64,000 nt of DNA from an uncultured Gammaproteobacteria bacterium (GTDB taxonomy: Bacteria; Patescibacteriota; Patescibacteriia; 2-12-FULL-57-11). The notes beneath the pieces are model-generated. The model did no database searches and had not been told where the DNA came from. It worked only from the letters and a program-made list of their open reading frames with translations. Shown here piece by piece: positions 9,051 to 16,581 of this stretch; position 1 is the first letter of the stretch; the number at the start of each line of letters is the position of its first letter. A program made the position numbers and the translations under genes. Location of the stretch: the NCBI GenBank assembly GCA_964648865.1, contig CAZYLV010000001.1, positions 84,509 to 148,508 on the forward strand, in the 5' to 3' direction.

Positions 9051-10091
9051 TCAGATGCGGCAGAACAGCGAGAACGCGGTGTCGTAGAAAATGCTTTCCG
9101 CGGCCCGCGTTTTCGTTTCCGGCACATGCGCCGCGAGGGCACCACCGATCGCCGCGAGCTGCTGCCAGTGGGCATGCGTCGCGCCGGCGGCGATGGCAGC
9201 CGACTCCCGCTGCTCGGCAGGGTCCGCCCAATGGTACGGATACGGCGTCGCCAGGCGCTCTCCCTTTGCCGGATGCGCGTAGATCGCGGCGCGGATCAGG
9301 TTGAGCGGTTCATCGGAGCCGAAGACGATGCGCTCCGTGCCGAAGGCCTCGAGCGCCATGCCGACGACCTCGGCCGACGGGATCATCGCCGTATCCATGT
9401 AGACCCGCTCGCGTCGGGCGACCGCCGCGTAGGCCTCGCGCAGTCCCGGCACCGGCATGTGCGGCAGGCCGAGATGCGCCAGGACCACGACAAGCCGCGG
9501 GAAGCGGTCGAGCACCCCGAGCAGCTCGTCGACGCAGCGGGTGATCATCCGCGGCAGGTGCAGGATGATCGGCACGCCCCGCGCCTGGGCCTCCTCGAGC
9601 ACCGGCTCAGGGAAGACCTCGAGGATGCGCTGCGCCGGCGGGGAGAAGTACTGGTAGTACATCTTGAGCGCGGCGACCCGCGGATGCCCCAGGAGCGCGA
9701 CCGTGTAGTCGATCTCCGTAGGGATGCCGTAGAGGGCGATGCGGTCCTGCGGCGGCGCCTGCCCGAGCAGGTAGGCGTTGGCCTCGCGATGCCGGATGCC
9801 GCGGTAGGGCATCGGGAAACGTAGGGCCGCGACCTGCCTGCCCGGGTAGAGGAGCGCCTGCAGCCCGGCCGACTGCTCCAACGTGAAGCTCGGGAAGGTC
9901 GTCATCATGTGCCCGAGCAGCGGCGCGTCGATCGTCCCGACGTGCTCGGGCAGGTTGGTGTGCACGTGGGCGTCGAAGATGCGCTCCGGCAGCCAGTCGG
10001 CAGCACGGCGGCGCAACTCCTCTTCCTCCGGCGTCAGCGCCTGCGCGTATGCCAGATACTTGTCGACAGGGATCTCCATCGTGTCCTCCAT
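9051..10091 (-). CDS. amidohydrolase-2 family metal-dependent hydrolase (TIM-barrel)
   Basis: DAHVH metal-binding start motif and a GSDEP motif late in the protein. I moved the start to ATG 10091 (MEDTMEIP); the track's upstream extension is Arg/Pro junk. Confidence 0.5.
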   Translation of the reverse strand: MEDTMEIPVDKYLAYAQALTPEEEELRRRAADWLPERIFDAHVHTNLPEHVGTIDAPLLGHMMTTFPSFTLEQSAGLQALLYPGRQVAALRFPMPYRGIRHREANAYLLGQAPPQDRIALYGIPTEIDYTVALLGHPRVAALKMYYQYFSPPAQRILEVFPEPVLEEAQARGVPIILHLPRMITRCVDELLGVLDRFPRLVVVLAHLGLPHMPVPGLREAYAAVARRERVYMDTAMIPSAEVVGMALEAFGTERIVFGSDEPLNLIRAAIYAHPAKGERLATPYPYHWADPAEQRESAAIAAGATHAHWQQLAAIGGALAAHVPETKTRAAESIFYDTAFSLFCRI

Positions 10092-10092
10092 A

Positions 10093-10122
10093 AAAAGAGG
10101 GACCAGCGTTGCCGCCGGTCCC
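10093..10122 (-). terminator. terminator-like hairpin after aspS
   Basis: GGGACC...GGTCCC stem followed by TCTTTTT on the minus strand. It sits immediately before the ATG at 10091. Confidence 0.45.
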
Positions 10123-10143
10123 GGTTCCTCCCGCCCGCGCCCG

Positions 10144-11457
10144 TCAGGGCTCGAGGCGGTTCGGCCCGCGGTAGAGGTAGGTGACCTCACGCACGTTGCT
10201 GACCCCGAGCACGGTCATCAGCAACCGCGTCAGCCCGAGACCGAAGCCTCCGTGCGGCGGGCAGCCGTAGCGGAAGCAGTTCATGTACCCGGACATCGTC
10301 TCCGGAGCGAGCCCCTTCTCGAGCGCCTGCACGTGCAGGAGCCCGTAGCGGTGCTCGCGCTGCGCCCCGGTCGTCACCTCGAGCCCCTTCCACAGGAGAT
10401 CGAAGCTCTTGGTGAGTCCCGGCGCGTCGGCGTGCCGCATGTGGTAGAACGGACGCGCACTGATCGGATAGTCCGTCACGAAGACGAACTCGTGCCCGGT
10501 CCGCTCGCGGACGTCCTGGTACGCGCGGCGCTCGCCCTCCGGATCGAGGTCGCCCTTGTGCTCGCGGGCGATCTCGTGCCCCCCGCGCGCGGCGATCCCG
10601 TACGCCTCGGCCACCGTGATCTTGGGGAACGGCAGCGTCGGCACGACGACCTCGACCCCGAAATGCTCGCGGATCGCCTCGCCGTGCCGCTCCTTGACCG
10701 CGGCGAGCGCGGCCTGAAGCAGCCCGGCCTCGAAGTCCATCACGTCGTGATGCGACGTGATCCACGACATCTCGACGTCGATGCTCGTGAACTCCGTGTC
10801 GTGACGGGCGGTGAACGAGGGATTGGCCCGGAAGACCGGGCCGATCTCGAACACCCGGTCGAACCCCGCCGCCATCGCCAGCTGCTTGTAGAACTGCGGC
10901 GACTGGGCGAGGCAGGCCATGCGGTCGAAGTACTCGACGCGGAAGAGCTCCGCGCCGGACTCGCTGGCGCTGGCCATCAGCTTCGGCGAGTGGATCTCGA
11001 CGAAGCCGTGGGTGCGCCAGTGCTCGCGCATGGCGTGCTCGAGCGTGGTCTGGACGTCGAAGACCAGCCGGTTGCGCGGGGAGCGGAGGTCGAGGAACCG
11101 CCAGTCCATGCGCAGCTCGGGGGAGGAGTTCTGGTCGATCGGCAGGTGCGGCTCGCACGCGCCGACGACCGCGACCTCCTCGGCCACCAGCTCGATCCCG
11201 CCCAGCTTGGCGTGCGGGTTCTCGACGACCTTCCCGGTGACCGTCACGGCGGACTCGTGGGTGAGTCCGGCGATGGCGACGGCGATCGGGTCCTCGCCCT
11301 CACGCTTCTGGTGGATGACCTGCAGCCTGCCGGTGTGGTCGCGCAGGACGATGAACTGCATGCGCTTCTGGTCGCGCATCCGCTCCACCCATCCGGCGAC
11401 CGTCACCGTCTTGCCCGCGGCGCCACGGATGGCGCCGATCAACGTTCTCGTTTCCAC
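10144..11457 (-). CDS. aspS: aspartate--tRNA ligase, archaeal/eukaryal-type size (class IIb)
   Basis: Motif 2 region FRANPSFTARHDTEFTSIDVEMSW matches the AspRS-type EFT.ID.E.SF pattern. Motif 3 is GGFGLGLTRLLM. GTG start at 11457 follows an AAGGAG SD. About 438 aa. Confidence 0.8.
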   Translation of the reverse strand: METRTLIGAIRGAAGKTVTVAGWVERMRDQKRMQFIVLRDHTGRLQVIHQKREGEDPIAVAIAGLTHESAVTVTGKVVENPHAKLGGIELVAEEVAVVGACEPHLPIDQNSSPELRMDWRFLDLRSPRNRLVFDVQTTLEHAMREHWRTHGFVEIHSPKLMASASESGAELFRVEYFDRMACLAQSPQFYKQLAMAAGFDRVFEIGPVFRANPSFTARHDTEFTSIDVEMSWITSHHDVMDFEAGLLQAALAAVKERHGEAIREHFGVEVVVPTLPFPKITVAEAYGIAARGGHEIAREHKGDLDPEGERRAYQDVRERTGHEFVFVTDYPISARPFYHMRHADAPGLTKSFDLLWKGLEVTTGAQREHRYGLLHVQALEKGLAPETMSGYMNCFRYGCPPHGGFGLGLTRLLMTVLGVSNVREVTYLYRGPNRLEP

Positions 11458-11479
11458 GTTGCCTTTCTCCTTCTTCGTC

Positions 11480-12871
11480 TCAGGGGTAGATCTTGCGTCG
11501 GAAGGTGCGCGGGAACGGGATGGCATCCCGCACGTGCGGGATGTTGAGCAGCCAGCGGAGGAACCGCTCGACGCCCATGCCGAACCCGCCGTGCGGCGGG
11601 CAGCCGGCCTCCCGCAACTCGCGCACCCAGTCGTAGCGGGCGTCGCCCGCCTTACCCTTCTCGGTCATGCGCTCGTCCAGCTCGGGCAGGGTGGTGACCT
11701 TCTCGGCCACGCCGAGCAGCTCCCCGAACCCGTCCGTCGCGATGAGGTCCGCCGTCATCGTCAACTCCGCATCCGTAGGGTCGACGCTGTACGGGAAGGG
11801 CTCCACGGACCGTGGATTGCCGACCACCCAGAACGGCGTATCGAAACGCCGTGCCAGCGCGGTCTCCTCGACGGAGCCGAGGCTCTCGCCGAAGACGATG
11901 GCACTCCCCTCCTTCCGGAGGATGGCCACCGCCTCTCGGTAGGTCAGGCGCGGGTAGGGCGTCCGGAGCCCCTCCGTCCGCATCCCCCGCCCGACCGCCT
12001 CCGCCAGCGGACCGCAGCGCTCGACGGCGTGCCGCGTCAGGTCGCTGATGAGCGACTCGACGTCAGCCATCAGGCCCTCGCGGTCCGTGAACATCACCTC
12101 CGCCTTGATGTGCCAGTACTCCATCAGGTGCCGTTTGCTCTTGCTCTCCTCCCCGCGGAAGCTCGGCCCGATGTTGTAGACACGGTCGAAGGCGTGCGCG
12201 GCGGCCTCCAGGTAGAAGCCGACGCACTGGGTGAGATACGCATCCTGCTCGCCGACGGTCACGGAGATGGCCGTAGGGCCGTCGTAGAGCGGGAGCGTGG
12301 TGAGCAGCGGCGCGGTGATCTCCAGGAACTCGCGCTCCCGGAACCACTGATGCACCGCGCCCATCATCTCGTGCCGGAACCGCAGGATCGCCCGCACGCG
12401 CTCGTTGCGCAGGTACAGGTGGCGGTTCCGCAGGAGATGGTCCGCGTGGCGCTCGTCGAAGATATCGATGTCCGCGCGCAGCTTGGGGCTGAACCGCTTG
12501 GTGGCGCGACTGACGACCTCGAACGTGTCCATGTGGACCTCGACGCGATGCGGCCCGGGGACGGTCCGTACCACGCCGGTGACGGCGAGCACCGACTCGA
12601 CGGGCAAGCCCGCCACGGTGCGCAACGCCTCCTTGGCCATGCGGCCGCACTCCAGGACGACCTGCAGCGTCCCGGTGGTGTCCGCGAGGGTGAGGAAGAG
12701 CACCTGGCCCAACCTCCGCTTGGACGTCAACCATCCGGTGACCCGCACGCGCGTTTCGGGCGCGAGGCCACCAAGGACAGCGGCGATACGGTACTGCTGC
12801 ATCTGCCTCTCCTTGGCCATTTCGTCGACGGGATTGTCAACGATCTCGCCCCTTGCGGAGCCGGTCAGCAT
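11480..12871 (-). CDS. asnS: asparagine--tRNA ligase (class IIb)
   Basis: FRGEESKSKRHLMEYWHIKAEVMF matches the AsnRS-type RHL.E.W...EV.F pattern. C-terminal GCPPHGGFGMGVERFLRWL...IPFPR. The start was trimmed to ATG 12871; the track's upstream extension is low-complexity junk. Confidence 0.75.
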   Translation of the reverse strand: MLTGSARGEIVDNPVDEMAKERQMQQYRIAAVLGGLAPETRVRVTGWLTSKRRLGQVLFLTLADTTGTLQVVLECGRMAKEALRTVAGLPVESVLAVTGVVRTVPGPHRVEVHMDTFEVVSRATKRFSPKLRADIDIFDERHADHLLRNRHLYLRNERVRAILRFRHEMMGAVHQWFREREFLEITAPLLTTLPLYDGPTAISVTVGEQDAYLTQCVGFYLEAAAHAFDRVYNIGPSFRGEESKSKRHLMEYWHIKAEVMFTDREGLMADVESLISDLTRHAVERCGPLAEAVGRGMRTEGLRTPYPRLTYREAVAILRKEGSAIVFGESLGSVEETALARRFDTPFWVVGNPRSVEPFPYSVDPTDAELTMTADLIATDGFGELLGVAEKVTTLPELDERMTEKGKAGDARYDWVRELREAGCPPHGGFGMGVERFLRWLLNIPHVRDAIPFPRTFRRKIYP

Positions 12872-12907
12872 GGCAAATGACCTCTTCTCTGTCAAGGACC
12901 CGCCGAA

Positions 12908-12933
12908 TAAAAAAGGGCCGTGAAAACGGACCC
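12908..12933 (-). terminator. rho-independent terminator after the methyltransferase gene
   Basis: GGGTCCG-ttttca-CGGCCC followed by TTTTTTATT on the minus strand. Confidence 0.5.
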
Positions 12934-12944
12934 GAAGGAGCGTG

Positions 12945-13727
12945 CTATGCGGGCACTCTCCCGTAGATGCCGCCGCGCGGCACCTGGATGAGGAACTTCT
13001 CGTCCGCCGGCAACTTCCGGTAGACGCGGACGAAGTACCCCAGGTGGCGACCGTTGTCGTTGAAGAGCCGCAGACGCGCCATCCAGGCATCGCGCAGCTC
13101 CGGCGGGAACGGCTCGACGTACGTCCGCATGCGCTCGGCATCCGCGGGGACGACGTCGTACCGCGACTCGTGCTCGAGTTGCAGCCGATGGCCGTCGAAC
13201 AGTCCGCTCCAGTAGGCGCGATCGTATCCGGCATCCAGGTGCGTCCCGACGTCGCGGTTGAAGGCCTCGACCAACGCCGCGGACGGCGGCGTGCGGTAGT
13301 AGTACAGCGCCGTGAGCAGGGAGCCCCACGGCCGCAGCACGCGCACGGCCTCGGCGATGTGCGCGCGCCGCACGTCCGCGGGCACGAACGGCAGATGCCC
13401 GCCGACCACGACGTGCGTGAACGCACCGTCGAGGAACCGCAACCGACCGGCGTCGGCGGGCATGAACATGACGCGGTCCGCGATGCCGGAGTCGACGTTC
13501 GCCTTGGCCGCGGCGATGCTCGCCGCGTGCCGATCGATCCCGCAGCAGGCCGCGCGCGTGTATCGCGCGAGCTCGATCGTGACGAAGCCCGTCGAGCAGC
13601 CAATCTCGAGGACCCGCGCATCCGGACCCAGGAAGGAGTGGCGGATCCACTCCTTCACCGTATCGTAGCTGCCGGGCGGCGTGTTGACCTGACCCGATCG
13701 GACCACGAGGGAGAGGTAATCGGTCAC
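12945..13727 (-). CDS. class I SAM-dependent methyltransferase
   Basis: Motif I VLEIGCSTGFVTIELA and an acidic motif II region. GTG start. Confidence 0.7.
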   Translation of the reverse strand: MTDYLSLVVRSGQVNTPPGSYDTVKEWIRHSFLGPDARVLEIGCSTGFVTIELARYTRAACCGIDRHAASIAAAKANVDSGIADRVMFMPADAGRLRFLDGAFTHVVVGGHLPFVPADVRRAHIAEAVRVLRPWGSLLTALYYYRTPPSAALVEAFNRDVGTHLDAGYDRAYWSGLFDGHRLQLEHESRYDVVPADAERMRTYVEPFPPELRDAWMARLRLFNDNGRHLGYFVRVYRKLPADEKFLIQVPRGGIYGRVPA

Positions 13728-13793
13728 TTCTTGTTTTCTCCGCAGCAGGTTGTCAGGAACCTCCTCGACCCTATACGCGGATCGAGGAGCCGG

Positions 13794-14603
13794 TCAAGGC
13801 GTGAGGTCCGTCGGCGTCCGGGGGAAAAGCGTGACCGCCACGGAGGAAGGCGCCCCCAGCAGCGCCTGCATCAGCCGCGCGGGGCTGATGCTGACGCCGC
13901 CGTGCGGGGGCATGCCGGAGCGGAACATCTCCAGATACGGGCGAAGCCGCTTCAAGGAAACGCCTGCGGCCTTGGCCTGCGCCATCAGCCGCGCGGGCCG
14001 ATGCTCGCGCAGGCCGCCGCTGCCGATCTCGACCCCGGCCAAGAGCACGTCGAAGCACTGGCTCCGTGCGGCGCGGCCGGAACCTGATCGGCGGAAGTAG
14101 AATGCGCGCTCGTGCGCCGGGAACGGCCCCGCGAACGTCAGGTCACGGACGCGACGTTCCCCACCTAGCCGTCTCTTGGCGACGGCGCGCAGCGTCTCCG
14201 TCATGACCTCGCGGACCAGGACCTCCAGCCGCCGCAGATCGGTCAGCCCAGCAATCTCCAGGTCCCATGTCGTGAACTCGGTCATCAGACCCGGGGCGCG
14301 CTTGGACGGCTTGCGCAGGTTCTCCCCGACGGCGAACACCTTGCGCAGGCCCATGCCGATGGCCAGCTGCTTGTAGGCCTGGGGCGACTGGGCGAGGTAC
14401 GCCTCTTTTCCGTAGTAGTCGACCGTGAACGCCCCGCCGTACGGTTCGAGCACCATCGCCGTGAAGATCGGGCAATGAATCTGCAAGAAACCGCGCCCTA
14501 GGAGCGCGGTACGGAACCCGTGCTCAAGCAGCGTCTGCAGCTCGATGATCTGGCGGACGTTTTTCATACAGCCACGATACCTGGCCTGCCCGGACTTGAA
14601 CAT
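13794..14603 (-). CDS. truncated class IIb aaRS catalytic-core paralog (AsnA/AS-AR-like, no anticodon-binding domain)
   Basis: AYLAQSPQAYKQLAI and EFTTWDLEIAG match the AspRS/AsnRS core. C-terminal GMPPHGGVSISPARLM...LFPRTP. It is only 269 aa, and just ~120 nt of non-coding DNA lies upstream, so an N-terminal OB domain cannot be encoded. Confidence 0.6.
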   Translation of the reverse strand: MFKSGQARYRGCMKNVRQIIELQTLLEHGFRTALLGRGFLQIHCPIFTAMVLEPYGGAFTVDYYGKEAYLAQSPQAYKQLAIGMGLRKVFAVGENLRKPSKRAPGLMTEFTTWDLEIAGLTDLRRLEVLVREVMTETLRAVAKRRLGGERRVRDLTFAGPFPAHERAFYFRRSGSGRAARSQCFDVLLAGVEIGSGGLREHRPARLMAQAKAAGVSLKRLRPYLEMFRSGMPPHGGVSISPARLMQALLGAPSSVAVTLFPRTPTDLTP

Positions 14604-14725
14604 GACCGGCGACCGACCTTCTCTGTCGAGTCCTGGTTTACAGCGGATTCCCGCCCACGGTTCAGGCCCAGCTGACTGTCACGTCTTACGCGCTCTTCCT
14701 GTTCACCCCCAGTGGACATCTTTCC

Positions 14726-14754
14726 TTGACTTCCCCCGGATTTGGGCGTATGCC
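14726..14754 (+). promoter_or_regulatory. sigma70-like promoter TTGACT-N17-TATGCC (copy A of the duplicated cassette)
   Basis: Read directly. It is followed by the conserved leader hairpin GGGGCttgGCCCC, GGAGGA and GTG 14803. Confidence 0.45.
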
Positions 14755-14802
14755 TGAGGTAGGTCTGGAACAACGTGGGGCTTGGCCCCGGAGGATAGAA
14801 CA

Positions 14803-15609
14803 GTGCGGAACATCTTCTCGATGGCCGCCCTCGGGGCGGCCGTTCTCCTGGCGAGCTGCGGCCCGCCGATCCCCCCGCCCATCGACTGCGGGCGGCCGGG
14901 GATGCCGGCCGAGGGCTGCTTCGAGCTCACGCTCACGAGCGAGCCCAGCGGTGCCTCCGTCTTCATGAACGGGGAGCCCGCCAGCGCGAGCGGCGTGACG
15001 CCGGTCGAGCAGCTTGCCGGGCTGTCGGGGCACTACACGATCGAGCTCGTGCTCGACGGCTACGAGCGGTACATGGTCGACCTCGAGCTCGACGGCATCG
15101 AAATGCACCACGCGGTGCTCGTGCCCGATGCCGCGGCCATGGGGACGCTCGACGTCTCCGCGGACGTGGCGGGCGGCATGCTCATGGTCGACGGCGCGGC
15201 CGTCGGGGTCATGGTGGACATGCCGATGTCCGTCATGGTGCCCGAGGGCAGCCACGTGGTGACGGTGCAGCTCGCCGGCTACGTGGCGACCACGCGGACC
15301 GCCGAGGTCGCCCGCGACATGACGACGATGGTCGACATCGCCGTGGGCCGGGATCTCACCGGAGCGTGGAGCTGTGACAGCGAAGTCGACGGCCGCTTCA
15401 CGGCCGACGTGACGATGAACATCGCCACGACGGTCAGCTCGATCCAGGCGCTCGGCTTCGCGGCCTGGGGCATCGAGGTCACCGGCCTGGTGCTGTCGTC
15501 ACCCATCCCCGACGTCACTGTCGCGGGGTCGGTCGCGGCCGACGGCAGCGCGCTCATGTGGACCACCACGGACCGTATGGGCTCGTACGACGCCACGTGC
15601 ACGCGCTAG
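14803..15609 (+). CDS. secreted lipoprotein with PEGA-like beta domain
   Basis: GTG start 7 nt after GGAGGA. Signal peptide VRNIFSMAALGAAVLLASCG with lipobox. A PEGA-like segment (GHYTIELVLDGYERY) is present. Confidence 0.65.
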   Translation: MRNIFSMAALGAAVLLASCGPPIPPPIDCGRPGMPAEGCFELTLTSEPSGASVFMNGEPASASGVTPVEQLAGLSGHYTIELVLDGYERYMVDLELDGIEMHHAVLVPDAAAMGTLDVSADVAGGMLMVDGAAVGVMVDMPMSVMVPEGSHVVTVQLAGYVATTRTAEVARDMTTMVDIAVGRDLTGAWSCDSEVDGRFTADVTMNIATTVSSIQALGFAAWGIEVTGLVLSSPIPDVTVAGSVAADGSALMWTTTDRMGSYDATCTR

Positions 15610-15630
15610 ACGTCCTCGCGCGACGTCGCA

Positions 15631-15660
15631 CCGATCAGCCAACGCTGGTCGGCTTTTTCT
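15631..15660 (+). terminator. rho-independent terminator
   Basis: CCGATCAGCC-aac-GCTGGTCGG followed by CTTTTTCT. Confidence 0.5.
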
Positions 15661-15670
15661 ATATCAACCC

Positions 15671-15699
15671 TTGACTTTTCCTCACCGCGAGAGTATGCA
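15671..15699 (+). promoter_or_regulatory. sigma70-like promoter TTGACT-N17-TATGCA (copy B of the duplicated cassette)
   Basis: Read directly. The -10 overlaps the track's ATG 15699, which therefore cannot be the start. The conserved leader and GTG 15747 follow. Confidence 0.45.
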
Positions 15700-15746
15700 T
15701 GAGAGACGAACCTGAACAATGGGGTCTCGCCCCGGAGGATAGATAC

Positions 15747-16415
15747 GTGAGGAACATCTTCTCGATGGCCCCGCTGAGCGGGGCGCTTCTCATCTCGCTC
15801 GCGGGAGCGACGGCGCTCGCCCAGCCGGCGACTTCGGGTGGTGGAGGCGGACACGGATGGCGTACCGGCCATGCCCCGTCCGCCGACGGCATCGACGGCT
15901 CCCTGCTGCCGTGGGTGCTCGTGGCCGTCTGCCTGGCCGTGACCATCGCTGTCTTCGTGCGCGCACGCCGCGCGAAGGTCGTGAGCTCGGCCGTCTCCTC
16001 GACCAACGAGGCGTCGCGCGTCCCGACGTTCGCGCTGCGGGCGGTTTCTGGGGTCCTGACGTGGTTGGGCGGGCTCGCCGCGGTCCTAGGGCTCCTCGCA
16101 GGCACGGTAATCATCATCGCCGGCCTCGCGGCGGAGCAGGGCGTCCTCGGCCTCCTCGGCGGGGCGGTGCCCGCGATCGTCGGCGGCGTCGTGGGCCTCG
16201 TCGTCATGGCGGTGGGGCAACTGCTCGCCTGCATCACCGCGATCGAGGCGCACGCGCGATCCGTCGCCGAACGGGTCGCCGCCAACGTGGAGGAGACCGC
16301 GCGGCTTCGCGCCGTCGTCATGGGACGGCTCCCTTCGCCCTCTGCCGGGACGGAAGCCGAAGCCACGCCTACGAATGGAGGTGCGGCATCCCAGGCGCAC
16401 CGCGCCGCGATCTGA
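15747..16415 (+). CDS. polytopic membrane protein with cleavable signal peptide
   Basis: GTG start after GGAGGA. N-terminus VRNIFSMAPLSGALLISLAGATALA. Four or more hydrophobic helices with Gly/Ala-rich packing faces. Confidence 0.6.
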   Translation: MRNIFSMAPLSGALLISLAGATALAQPATSGGGGGHGWRTGHAPSADGIDGSLLPWVLVAVCLAVTIAVFVRARRAKVVSSAVSSTNEASRVPTFALRAVSGVLTWLGGLAAVLGLLAGTVIIIAGLAAEQGVLGLLGGAVPAIVGGVVGLVVMAVGQLLACITAIEAHARSVAERVAANVEETARLRAVVMGRLPSPSAGTEAEATPTNGGAASQAHRAAI

Positions 16416-16498
16416 CCATCGACGCAACATCGATGCGGCTGCCGGTACGCGCGTAGAGCACTGCGCCCGCCAGGCGCCGACGCGAGCGGCGCCGCACA

Positions 16499-16534
16499 CC
16501 GACCAGCCCAAAGCTGGTCGGCTCTTCTTTTTTT
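16499..16534 (+). terminator. rho-independent terminator
   Basis: CCGACCAGC-ccaaa-GCTGGTCGG followed by CTCTTCTTTTTTT. It is near-identical to the terminator at 15631. Confidence 0.55.
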
Positions 16535-16542
16535 CGGGAATG

Positions 16543-16576
16543 AAAAAGCGGCTCGACCTCCAGGGAGGGAGCCGCT
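16543..16576 (-). terminator. rho-independent terminator after the second M23 peptidase gene
   Basis: AGCGGCTC...GAGCCGCT stem with TTTTT on the minus strand. Confidence 0.5.
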
Positions 16577-16581
16577 GCGTT

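Noticed and set aside
11480-13621. 713-aa track ORF for asnS. Similar long N-terminal extensions occur on cysS, tyrS, yraN, DAGK, HdcA-like, Wzy-like and lipoprotein ORFs
   Set aside because: The upstream parts are Ser/Arg/Pro/Cys low-complexity read-through of open GC-rich frames. The true starts were placed at the first Met that begins recognisable sequence, often with a GGAGG SD.
15699-15746. ATG 15699 and TTG 14782 as starts of the two cassette genes
   Set aside because: The -10 hexamers overlap or precede these codons. GGAGGA lies downstream of them, 7 nt before the conserved GTG.
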